From Calditrichales bacterium (GTDB lineage Bacteria > Calditrichota > Calditrichia > Calditrichales > J004), in NCBI GenBank assembly GCA_965267575.1, contig OZ254086.1:32001-96000 (forward strand): 64,000 nt of DNA. The letters run 5' to 3'. Positions 1-8,913 of the stretch are shown here, piece by piece. How positions within the stretch are numbered: position 1 is the first letter of the stretch; each line of letters begins with the position of its first letter. Made by a program: the position numbers and the translations under genes. The notes below the pieces were generated by a model, which was not told the origin of the DNA, did not search any database, and saw nothing but the letters and a program-made list of their open reading frames with translations.

Positions 1-9
1 GACAAGTAT

Positions 10-38
10 ATTGTATAAAATAAGATTCATAGTGTCAA
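10..38 (-). promoter_or_regulatory. sigma70-type promoter pointing out of the window
   Basis: Minus strand reads TTGACA-N17-TACAAT, just downstream of the uxuA stop. Confidence 0.6.
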
Positions 39-53
39 GAAAAATATTCATTT

Positions 54-1082
54 TTATTGCAGCCCTTCCCAAAGTCCGCTGAGGTACATCGCTCCAAGGG
101 CGCGGTCGTAGAGCCCGTAGCCGGGCCGTCCCTGCTCTCCCCATATCATGCGACCGTGATCCGGACGCATGGGACCATTAAATGCACTGTTTTTATAGGC
201 CTTCATGACAGCACGCATGTCTACATCGCCAAAGCCTGTGGGGTGTTCTGATTCATGAAAATCTTTTTGCCCTGTACGTTTAATGTTGCGCATATGCGCA
301 AAGTGGATGCGGGCTGAAAATTCTTCCACCATGGCGGGCAGATCGTTTTCCCCCAACGGACCAAGAGAACCTGTACAGAATGTAAGCCCATTATTGCGGG
401 AGTCCACGAGGCTTAAAAACCTTCTCAGATTGTCGGCATTTGTAATAATGCGCGGCAGCCCAAATATCGACCAAGGGGGATCATCCGGGTGGATGGCCAT
501 GAGTACTGAACTGCTTTCCGCAACAGGCACAACGGCTTTTAAAAAAAACTGTAGGTTTTCCCACAGTTTTTCTTCTTCAACGGCTTCGTAAGCTTTCAAT
601 AATGCATTCAATTCGCCGGCCGTATAGGCGGTTGCCCAGCCGGGCAAATCACCGGTGCCTTTAGATAAATCAATCTTGTTAAGTGCAGAATGTTTATAGC
701 TTAGCGCAAAGGAACCGTCCTTAAGGCGGTAATTAAGGTCTGTTCTTGTCCAATCAAAAATGGGCATAAAATTATAGCACAAAACGGGAATGCCCGCTTT
801 ACCCATATTTTCTAAACTATGGCAATAATTATCTATATATTGATTGCGGCTTTGCAGACCCAGCTTGATATCCTCATGGACCGGTATACTCTCAATCACT
901 TCAAGAGTTAAAGAATATTGTTCTATCCGTTCGCGGAGTCGCATGATTTTATCGTGCGGCCAAACCTCGCCGACGGGCACATCATAGAGGGCACTTACGA
1001 TACCGGTGACGCCGGGAATCTGGCGGATGTTTTCAAGGGTGACCGGGTCATCCGGCCCGTACCAGCGTAAAGTCATTTTCAT
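54..1082 (-). CDS. uxuA: mannonate dehydratase
   Basis: MTLRWYG start, IPVHEDIK, CYNFMP, HPDDPP, RPDHG and PGYGLYDRALG motifs. Confidence 0.95.
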   Translation of the reverse strand: MKMTLRWYGPDDPVTLENIRQIPGVTGIVSALYDVPVGEVWPHDKIMRLRERIEQYSLTLEVIESIPVHEDIKLGLQSRNQYIDNYCHSLENMGKAGIPVLCYNFMPIFDWTRTDLNYRLKDGSFALSYKHSALNKIDLSKGTGDLPGWATAYTAGELNALLKAYEAVEEEKLWENLQFFLKAVVPVAESSSVLMAIHPDDPPWSIFGLPRIITNADNLRRFLSLVDSRNNGLTFCTGSLGPLGENDLPAMVEEFSARIHFAHMRNIKRTGQKDFHESEHPTGFGDVDMRAVMKAYKNSAFNGPMRPDHGRMIWGEQGRPGYGLYDRALGAMYLSGLWEGLQ

Positions 1083-1093
1083 TATCGTTCTCC

Positions 1094-1930
1094 TTAAACA
1101 CCGCTAAAGGCTGAAAATCCGCCATCAACAGGAACGACGATACCGGTCACAAATGAAGAAGCATCAGACAGCAACCACAAAAGTGTTCCAATCAGGTCGG
1201 CGGGCTCACCAAATTTTCCCATGGGCGTATGATCAATTATCTGGCGTCCACGTTCAGTAAGCTCACCCGTCTTTTCGTCGGTAAGCAGAAAACGGTTTTG
1301 CTCTGTCAAAAAGAAACCCGGTGCGATCGCATTCACACGGATTTCAGGGGCATATTCCTGTGCCATATGAACCGCAAGCCACTGCGTAAAATTGCTAACG
1401 GCCGCTTTTGCGGCGGAATATCCCGGAATTCGTGTCAACGGACGAAAAGCATTCATTGATGAAATATTAACAATATGACCTTGTTTTTGCTCAGCAAAAT
1501 AGCGCGCGAAAACCTGGCAAGGAATAATCGTTCCAAGCAGGTTTAGATCCACAACGGCACGGATAGATTCCGGGACAAGGTCAAAAAAGGATTGATCCGT
1601 TGAAGTGGTAGCTCCTTTCTGGTTTCCCCCGGCCCCGTTCACAAGGCCATCAATGCGTCCCCATTTTTTAATAATGGCTTCCAGGTTGTGTTGAGTTGTA
1701 TCGGTTTGCAAAACATTGCCTTCCAGAAACAGGCAGTTTGCTTTCAGGTCTCCCAAGCTTTTGGCTATTTCGGGATTCAATTCAGAGCCGCGATCTATTA
1801 TGGCAACACGTGCTCCAAGCCCGGCGAGCGCAATAACCATCTCACCGCCCAAAACACCGTTGCCGCCGGTTATGGCAAAAACTTTGTCCTTAAAATCATA
1901 TGCTTTCAAAAAACCCTCACTTGTATGCAT
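1094..1930 (-). CDS. uxuB: SDR-family D-mannonate oxidoreductase (fructuronate reductase)
   Basis: TGGNGVLG, NGAGGN, NISSMNAFRPLTRIPGYSAAKAAVSNFTQWLAVH; adjacent to uxuA. Confidence 0.85.
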   Translation of the reverse strand: MHTSEGFLKAYDFKDKVFAITGGNGVLGGEMVIALAGLGARVAIIDRGSELNPEIAKSLGDLKANCLFLEGNVLQTDTTQHNLEAIIKKWGRIDGLVNGAGGNQKGATTSTDQSFFDLVPESIRAVVDLNLLGTIIPCQVFARYFAEQKQGHIVNISSMNAFRPLTRIPGYSAAKAAVSNFTQWLAVHMAQEYAPEIRVNAIAPGFFLTEQNRFLLTDEKTGELTERGRQIIDHTPMGKFGEPADLIGTLLWLLSDASSFVTGIVVPVDGGFSAFSGV

Positions 1931-1941
1931 TAAAACCTCGC

Positions 1942-3240
1942 TTAGTAGTCAAACAATCTGGGTAAAGCCATGGTTAGGTCCGGGAAGTAGATAATGATCA
2001 TCAAGGCTGCAACCATGGCTATGAACATAGGTATCAGGGGTCGGATCACATCGGTTATGCGTGTTTTGGCAATGCTGCAACCGACAAACAATACACTGCC
2101 GACCGGCGGCGTACACAATCCGATACTTAAATTTAGCACCATAATAATACCAAAATGTACCGGGTCTACTCCAAGCTTCATAACCACCGGCAGAAAGATT
2201 GGCGTAAAAATGAGCACGGCCGGTGTCATGTCCATAAAGGTACCTACAACGATCAGGATCAGGTTGATGATAATCAGGACAACAAAGGTATTGTCGGTCA
2301 ATGCGATCAAGGCGCTGCTGATATTTTGTGGTATGTTTTCGTAGGAAAGCACCCAGGACATCCCCATGGAGGTCGCGATAAGCAACATAACAATGGCCGT
2401 TGTCGCCGAAGACCCGAGCAAAATGCGCGGGATATCTTTCCACTTTACCTCTTTGTAAACCAATACGGACAAAACAAACGTGTAAAGCACGGCCACCGCT
2501 GATGCCTCCGTGGCCGTAAAATAGCCGGCAACAATACCGCCAATCACAACGATGACCATAAACAGGCTGGGCAGCGCGTTTAGAAAAGCTTTTAGCGTTT
2601 GCCGAAACGATTCCGGCTTAACGACGGGGTATCCTTTGCGCCAGGCAACAATGCCCGCCACAACCATCAGGGCCAGACCCACTATAAGGCCGGGTACGTA
2701 ACCGGCGAGAAACAGCGCGGCAATGGAAATACCACCGCCCGCAAGTGAATAGACGATCAGAATATTACTGGGAGGGATGATCATACCCGTAATGGATGAA
2801 GTGATGTTAACGGCAGCGCTGAAGGAAGTCTCGTATCCTTCTTTTTTCATAAGCGGTGTCATAAAACCCCCTATGGCGGCGGCAGCCGCAACCGCAGAAC
2901 CTGAAATGGCACCAAACAGCATGGCAGAAAGAATATTTACAAAAGCCAGGCCGCCGGGCAAAACACCAACAGTGACTTTGGCAAAATCGATGAGACGCCG
3001 CGCGATCCCACCGTGATTCATAAACTGGCCTGACAGGATGAAAAAGGGAATCGCCAGCAACGCAAAACTGTCCAGACCGGTGGCCATACGCTGTGCTACT
3101 GTGGTTACGGCCGGGATACTGTCAATCGTTACCAGCATAGTAAACAGTGTGGCCAGACCGATGCTGAACGAAATGGGCACGCCTATAGCCAGAAAAAAGA
3201 CAAACCCGCAAACCAAAACGATAATTTCAAGCCATTCCAT
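1942..3240 (-). CDS. dctM: TRAP transporter large permease
   Basis: LLAIPFFILSG, ISGSAVA, IIPPS, GVDPVHFG and TPPVG motifs; polytopic membrane protein. Confidence 0.95.
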   Translation of the reverse strand: MEWLEIIVLVCGFVFFLAIGVPISFSIGLATLFTMLVTIDSIPAVTTVAQRMATGLDSFALLAIPFFILSGQFMNHGGIARRLIDFAKVTVGVLPGGLAFVNILSAMLFGAISGSAVAAAAAIGGFMTPLMKKEGYETSFSAAVNITSSITGMIIPPSNILIVYSLAGGGISIAALFLAGYVPGLIVGLALMVVAGIVAWRKGYPVVKPESFRQTLKAFLNALPSLFMVIVVIGGIVAGYFTATEASAVAVLYTFVLSVLVYKEVKWKDIPRILLGSSATTAIVMLLIATSMGMSWVLSYENIPQNISSALIALTDNTFVVLIIINLILIVVGTFMDMTPAVLIFTPIFLPVVMKLGVDPVHFGIIMVLNLSIGLCTPPVGSVLFVGCSIAKTRITDVIRPLIPMFIAMVAALMIIIYFPDLTMALPRLFDY

Positions 3241-3716
3241 TAGTCTTTTTCCTGAAGTTTCTGGTAAATGAAATAAATATTATAATAGATGATGAGTAAT
3301 CCGCTTAGCGGCACAACCGTGTAGATATAACCCAACTTTATCTGCAGCGCTGCAGATATCTGGTTTAGAGTAAAGGTGATCGTCACCAGCCGAAACCCGC
3401 CCAGTACCATAACCAGCAAAGCAAAAACGGCAATCAAAACCTGGATAATGATTTCGAGCCGCCTGCGAAATAAAGCTTTGCTTTTCTCCAGCATCAGATC
3501 GATGGCGAGATGCATCTTTTTGCCCACGGCGTAAGCAGCGCCTAACAGACCCAGCCAGATCAGAAGGAAGCGGGCCAGTTCTTCCGTCCATGAACTGGGG
3601 CTCTGTAAAACAAAGCGTGTAAACACTTGCCACAAAACGTTAAGTACGCTAATGCCCATCAAGGTAATCACGGCATATTCCAGGAAGCGGTCTACCTGCG
3701 CTTTTATTTGGATCAT
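3240..3716 (-). CDS. dctQ: TRAP transporter small permease
   Basis: QVFTRF..WTEELARFLLIW..HLAID; four TM helices; lies between dctP and dctM. Confidence 0.93.
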   Translation of the reverse strand: MIQIKAQVDRFLEYAVITLMGISVLNVLWQVFTRFVLQSPSSWTEELARFLLIWLGLLGAAYAVGKKMHLAIDLMLEKSKALFRRRLEIIIQVLIAVFALLVMVLGGFRLVTITFTLNQISAALQIKLGYIYTVVPLSGLLIIYYNIYFIYQKLQEKD

Positions 3717-4681
3717 TATTGCACCGCCTTTATGCGCTGTATCAGTTCAAATATCTCCGGGTCGGAAGCATAGCTGGCAATCAGCTCCTGCACCTGATCC
3801 CTGAACGGCTGCTTGTCCGGATAGATGATCTGTACACCAGCCTGGCGCAGTTTTTCCAGCGCCAATTCGGTATCTTCACGCCAGATGCGTTTTTGATAAA
3901 CGACAGAGCTATCTACAGCCTGCTGCAAAATGTCTTGCTGCTTCGCCGACAAATCGTACCAGACATGCGTGCTGATCACCAGGATATCGGGAACGGCTGT
4001 ATGCTCGTCGAGCGAATAGTATTTGCACACTTCATAATGTCGCGATGTGTAAAAGCTGGGCGGATTGTTTTCCGCGCCATCAACGATGCCTTGCTGAAGG
4101 GCCGTATAAAGCTCACCCCAGGCAATGGGCGTGGCCGAGCCGCCAATGGCATTAACCATGCGTACCGATGTCGGGCTTTCCATAGTGCGTATCTTCAGAC
4201 CCTTAAGATCTTCCGGTTTATGCACGGGTATGGATTTTGTGTAAAAACTGCGTGATCCGGCATCATAATAGCATAGCCCACGCAACCAGAATTGCTCTGT
4301 TTCCAGCAACATGTTTTTACCGATCGCCCCCTCGAGCGCGGCAAAACGGTGGGTATCATCGCGAAAAAGATATGGCAGGCTAAACACCTTAAATGATGGT
4401 GCGAAACCTTCCAGCGTGTTAGCCGATACCTTGGTCATATTCAGACTGCCGATCTGCAGTAATTCGAGGCATTCACGCTCCGTTCCCAGCTGCTGGCTGG
4501 GATAGATATCAATACGCATGCTGCCTTCTGACAACGTACTTACTTCTTCCGCCATATAGACCATCGCTTTATGAACCGGGTGAGACTGGTCCAAACCATG
4601 GGCCAGCTTCAGTGTTTTGACAGAAGAAACATCCTTGCAGCTTAAAAGACCTAAAGCGACGAAAAATATGACTGTCTTCAT
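3716..4681 (-). CDS. dctP: TRAP substrate-binding protein (probably binds uronates)
   Basis: QLGTERE, DLKGLKIRTM, ELYTALQQGIVDGAENN; start MKTV chosen because it forms an ATGA overlap with the kduD stop. Confidence 0.93.
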   Translation of the reverse strand: MKTVIFFVALGLLSCKDVSSVKTLKLAHGLDQSHPVHKAMVYMAEEVSTLSEGSMRIDIYPSQQLGTERECLELLQIGSLNMTKVSANTLEGFAPSFKVFSLPYLFRDDTHRFAALEGAIGKNMLLETEQFWLRGLCYYDAGSRSFYTKSIPVHKPEDLKGLKIRTMESPTSVRMVNAIGGSATPIAWGELYTALQQGIVDGAENNPPSFYTSRHYEVCKYYSLDEHTAVPDILVISTHVWYDLSAKQQDILQQAVDSSVVYQKRIWREDTELALEKLRQAGVQIIYPDKQPFRDQVQELIASYASDPEIFELIQRIKAVQ

Positions 4682-5451
4682 CGTGCCATCCACCCGCCAT
4701 CTACCAGCATAATGTGTCCGTTTACATAGTCCGACGCTTTTGAAGCGAGAAAGACAACGGCTCCCTGCAAGTCTTCAGGCTCGCCCCAGCGACCGGCCGG
4801 TATACGCACCGAGATCTCCTTGTTACGGATGCTGTTCTCGCGCAAAGCCTGTGTGTTGTCCGTGGCAAAATAGCCGGGGGCAATGGCATTGACCTGGATA
4901 TTGTGAGCAGCCCATTCATTGGCCAGCGCTTTGGTCAGTTGAGCAACGGCCCCTTTGCTGGCAGCATATGCCGGAACCGTAATGCCACCTGAAAAACTGA
5001 GCAGAGAAGCAATATTTATAATTTTGCCGGATTTCTGTTTTATCATTTGCTTTCCGGCTGCCCGGCATAAACGCCACAACCCGTTCAAATTGGTATCAAT
5101 CACTGTCTGCCAATCCTCATCGCTGTATTGGTGGGCCGGTGCGCGGCGAATCGTGCCGGCGTTATTGACCAGAATATCAATACGCCCGAAGCTGCGCAGC
5201 GTCTCTGCAATGAGATTGTCTGTATCGCTTTTTTTTGATACGTCGCAGGTAATGGGAAAACAACGCTGACCGGCCTCTTCTACGTGTTGCCGCGTGGTTT
5301 CCAGATTGTTCAGGTTGGTGCTAGCCGCAACTATGTCCGCTCCGGCGGCAGCCAGCCCAACGGCCATAGCTTGTCCAAGTCCGCGGCTGGCACCGGTGAC
5401 AATGGCAATCTTTCCTTCCAGGCTAAAAAGAGATTCAAACCACGATTTCAT
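4678..5451 (-). CDS. kduD: 2-dehydro-3-deoxy-D-gluconate 5-dehydrogenase
   Basis: FSLEGKIAIVTG, NNAGTIRRAP, ASLLSFSGGITVPAYAASKG, ANEWA; start at MKSWF. Confidence 0.88.
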   Translation of the reverse strand: MKSWFESLFSLEGKIAIVTGASRGLGQAMAVGLAAAGADIVAASTNLNNLETTRQHVEEAGQRCFPITCDVSKKSDTDNLIAETLRSFGRIDILVNNAGTIRRAPAHQYSDEDWQTVIDTNLNGLWRLCRAAGKQMIKQKSGKIINIASLLSFSGGITVPAYAASKGAVAQLTKALANEWAAHNIQVNAIAPGYFATDNTQALRENSIRNKEISVRIPAGRWGEPEDLQGAVVFLASKASDYVNGHIMLVDGGWMAR

Positions 5452-5455
5452 TGGA

Positions 5456-6859
5456 TCATACCTTATATGTTTTTTTTGTGAGATTGTAAGACAGGTCCCG
5501 GGCCATACGTTGCGCATCGTCCATTGTGATAAAATGGCGGGCAACCTGCTGAGCCAAAAAGTTGCAGTCTATACGTCGGGCCAGGTCATGGCGCGCCGGG
5601 ATTGAAGGGAGAGCCCGCGTATCATCAATAAAGCCAATCGTATTATAAATGGACGCTGTTTCCCAGATACGTTCGCGAAAGCGCTGCATGCCTTGCGGAC
5701 TGTCATGAAACCACCAGGAAGGCCCGATTTTCAGACAAGGATAGTGACCTGCCAGGGGTGCCAATTCGCGTGCGTAAGTTGTCTCATCCAGCGTGAAAAG
5801 GATCAGCGTAAAGCGCGGATCGTTGCCGAAAGCATTCAACAGTGGCCGCAGATTCCGGGTATATTCGGTTTGCACGGGAATGTCCGCCCCCTTATCCGGG
5901 CCAAAGCGTTCAAAAAGCGGCAGGTTATGGTTACGCAACGCGCCTGGATGGATATGCATAATCAATCCATCCTCACAGCTCATGCGCGCCATTTCCATCA
6001 GCATATGGCCGCAGAACAACCGTGCGTCATCAGCCGATGCCTTTCCTGCCAGCGCTCGAGCAAACAGCTTTTGTGCATCGCTATCAGCAAGTCGGCCGGT
6101 ATAAGGGATTTCAATACCATGGTCCGTTGCCACAGCTCCAATCGATTTAAAAAAGGCACGCTGTTTTTCAAGGGCCAGAATAAACCGTTCATAGCTATCG
6201 ACCTCAATGCCTGCCTGCTCTGACAACATATCGATCTCTTGACGCCAGTTTGGATTTTGCAGGTTGAGCACAGCGTCCGGACGGAAGCACGGTAATATTT
6301 TTCCCTGCCAGCCGCTCTCACGGATAGCTATGTGCCAGGAGAGATCGCTCGAAGCGCTGTCAGTAGTTGAGATGTATTCCAGGTTAAACCTTTCGTACAA
6401 ACGGCGTGGCCTGAAATCATCCTGGCTCAGTTTTTCTGTGATTGCATTATAAATGTGATCGGCAGTTTTCGGAGTTAACGGCTCATCAATCCCGAAGACT
6501 TCGCTGAACTCATGCTGCAGCCAAATGCCCGTTGGCGTTCCCGCAAACAGGAAAAAATTTTCCGCAAAGAGCCGCCATATTTTACGCTTATCGGTTTCAT
6601 ATGATGATCCATCTAAAGGCCTTATGCCCAGGCTCTCAAGTGAAATGCCCTGGGAGTAAAGCAGCCTGAAGATGTAATGGTCCGGCGTAATGATAAGATC
6701 GGTTGGATTATCGAACGATTTGTTTTCGGCAAACCATTGTGCCTCCACATGACTATGAGGACTAAGCAGAGGTAAACCGGCCACTTCTTTATATAACTCC
6801 AATGCGATTTGACGAACAGTCGGATCGGCATCAAAAAATCGTTCGGGCGTCAGCTTCAT
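5456..6859 (-). CDS. uxaC: uronate (glucuronate) isomerase
   Basis: SPHSH, PDHYIFRLLYSQG, FRPD, GPDKGADIP, WWFHDS and DDTRA motifs. Confidence 0.94.
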   Translation of the reverse strand: MKLTPERFFDADPTVRQIALELYKEVAGLPLLSPHSHVEAQWFAENKSFDNPTDLIITPDHYIFRLLYSQGISLESLGIRPLDGSSYETDKRKIWRLFAENFFLFAGTPTGIWLQHEFSEVFGIDEPLTPKTADHIYNAITEKLSQDDFRPRRLYERFNLEYISTTDSASSDLSWHIAIRESGWQGKILPCFRPDAVLNLQNPNWRQEIDMLSEQAGIEVDSYERFILALEKQRAFFKSIGAVATDHGIEIPYTGRLADSDAQKLFARALAGKASADDARLFCGHMLMEMARMSCEDGLIMHIHPGALRNHNLPLFERFGPDKGADIPVQTEYTRNLRPLLNAFGNDPRFTLILFTLDETTYARELAPLAGHYPCLKIGPSWWFHDSPQGMQRFRERIWETASIYNTIGFIDDTRALPSIPARHDLARRIDCNFLAQQVARHFITMDDAQRMARDLSYNLTKKTYKV

Positions 6860-8070
6860 AACGTTTCCCGGCTTAAAACATACATATTCAGCAGAATAAT
6901 AAACGGGTCTTTTTCTATAGGCTTTTCCAGCGAAATTAAACGACGGTAATCGCTGAAGTAGTCTTTATCCGGATAACGCATTCCTGCAAAGACCAGGTAG
7001 CTCACCTCTTTACTGGAAAATGGTACAACATCCTCTTTGTCCCAGGTTGCTGGATTCAAAACAAAAGGGGTATAAAACGAAATTGCTGTTTTTAGCGTTT
7101 TGCCGTCGCCAAGGGCATGCTCCCAATAATCATAACCATAGTCGCGAGCAATGGCAGCTGAAAAGGAGTGAGCATTCAGGTTAAACGTACAGTAGCTCAG
7201 AGAGCGCGTTCGTTTTTCTTCTTCAGGAAAACGGCCGGCCTTGGTCATTTGTGAAGGCAACAGGGTATCGGCAATATGCCTGTACGTTTTATGGATCGTT
7301 TTTTCGTCACCGCAAAAGTGTGCATAAGCCATAGCCTGGGCTGCCCACCACGATGCATGGTTATTGGTGTAATTGCGCTCTTTCAGCCCCTTTTCGCTGG
7401 TACTCAACCAATGCAGGTAATCACGAAACCAGTCTTGCATACCGGCATAGGCCTCATCATCCAGTGCACCACTCAAGCGAATAATGTAAACGGCTTCCAG
7501 AAACCGCACAAAGCGATGGGTATCGATAATTCCAAAGCTACGGCCCTCGCTGCGGTTGGTTATAGCCTGGGCATACTCCAGGTGCGGATTCATGCGCGTG
7601 GCTTCATCTAAAAACCAAACCTTTATCAATTGAGCGGCCCGTTCGCTATATTCGGGATTATCCAAAAAATAGCCTGCGAGGCTCAGCGTTAAAAACGCGT
7701 CGTATAAATCGTTTAGCGCGTTTTTGTGATCCATAAAACGGTTGGGGTTATGTATGCCGTCTTTTCGTATGTACGGTCCGTCTGGATCATCCGGGTTGGG
7801 CCACCAATAGGGGCTTTCGCTATAATAATCGTGGGGATTACCGCTTACAGCTTTCGACTCATAAAACGTAACGCTCCACGGCCCATGATCATAGCGCAGA
7901 TCAGCAAGTTCCTTCAATACCATTCGATAGGATTCCAGCGGTGAACCCGGGGTGTTCAGAACCTTTTTTATTTGTGCCAGTTCGTGCGCAGAAAAATAGA
8001 GTGAACCCTGCGCGGCCAGCGAAGCGATCGTTACAAAGACAACGATGATTATACTGTTTAAAATACGCAT
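6856..8070 (-). CDS. secreted polysaccharide lyase, PF05426 alginate-lyase fold, PL38-like
   Basis: Signal peptide; HDYYSESPYWWP, PYIRKDG, WFLDEATRMNPHLEYAQ, GIID, NNH, RTRSLSY. Confidence 0.85.
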   Translation of the reverse strand: MRILNSIIIVVFVTIASLAAQGSLYFSAHELAQIKKVLNTPGSPLESYRMVLKELADLRYDHGPWSVTFYESKAVSGNPHDYYSESPYWWPNPDDPDGPYIRKDGIHNPNRFMDHKNALNDLYDAFLTLSLAGYFLDNPEYSERAAQLIKVWFLDEATRMNPHLEYAQAITNRSEGRSFGIIDTHRFVRFLEAVYIIRLSGALDDEAYAGMQDWFRDYLHWLSTSEKGLKERNYTNNHASWWAAQAMAYAHFCGDEKTIHKTYRHIADTLLPSQMTKAGRFPEEEKRTRSLSYCTFNLNAHSFSAAIARDYGYDYWEHALGDGKTLKTAISFYTPFVLNPATWDKEDVVPFSSKEVSYLVFAGMRYPDKDYFSDYRRLISLEKPIEKDPFIILLNMYVLSRETL

Positions 8071-8903
8071 CAGCTCAACTCGCTCAGTTTAATGAAATCC
8101 ATGTCATCAAAATCCTGGTTTTCGCCGCCCATGCTCCAAATAAAAGAATAATTGGATGTGCCGGCGCCGGCATGAATGGACCAGCTTGGTGAAATAACGG
8201 CCTGGCGGTTGCGCAGGAAAAGGTGCCGGGTTTGGTCAGGCTGCCCCATAAGATGGCAGACAAGGTTTTCCTCAGGGAGATCGAAATACATGTAAATCTC
8301 TGTACGGCGCATGTGCGTGTGCGGCGGCATCGTGTTCCAGATGCTGCCCGCTTCCAGCTCCGTAAAGCCCATCACCAATTGACAGCTTTTTAACCCGCCG
8401 GGATGAATGCTTTTGTAGATGGTCCGTTTATTGGCGTGATCCTGGTCGCCAAGATTTACGGCCGTTGCCTCTGATTTTGTCATTTTGGAGGTTGGATAGG
8501 AAGCGTGTGCCGGGTAGCTCACCAGGTAAAAGCAGGCCGGTTTATTTTTGTCTTTGGAAGAAAAGGAGATTTCCTTACTTCCGCGACCGATATAAAGTGT
8601 GTCCTTCTTGTTCATTTCAAAGTCTTTTCCATCGACTTTTATCGCCCCCGCATCTGCAATATTTATTATGCCGATTTCGCGTCGTTCGGCAAAATAGCCG
8701 GCCGCCATCTCTTTTTTGCTGGCCTGTAGTTTCAAGGTTTTTGATACCGGAACAGCAGAGCCGATAATAGCCCGGTCAGCATCACTGTAAAGCAGTTCCA
8801 CGCTGTCCGGCTTGAATAGGCTCTCAACAAGAAAGGCTTCGCGCAGTTCTTCGCTTGTAAGCAAAGCCATATTGTCCGGGTTGGGGCTATATCTTACTTC
8901 CAT
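8070..8903 (-). CDS. kduI: 4-deoxy-L-threo-5-hexosulose-uronate ketol-isomerase
   Basis: ERREIGIIN, SCQLVMG, WNTMPPHTHMRRTE, SPSWSIHAGAGT, GENQ; AAGGAG RBS before MEVRY. Confidence 0.95.
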   Translation of the reverse strand: MEVRYSPNPDNMALLTSEELREAFLVESLFKPDSVELLYSDADRAIIGSAVPVSKTLKLQASKKEMAAGYFAERREIGIINIADAGAIKVDGKDFEMNKKDTLYIGRGSKEISFSSKDKNKPACFYLVSYPAHASYPTSKMTKSEATAVNLGDQDHANKRTIYKSIHPGGLKSCQLVMGFTELEAGSIWNTMPPHTHMRRTEIYMYFDLPEENLVCHLMGQPDQTRHLFLRNRQAVISPSWSIHAGAGTSNYSFIWSMGGENQDFDDMDFIKLSELS

Positions 8904-8913
8904 TATAATCTCC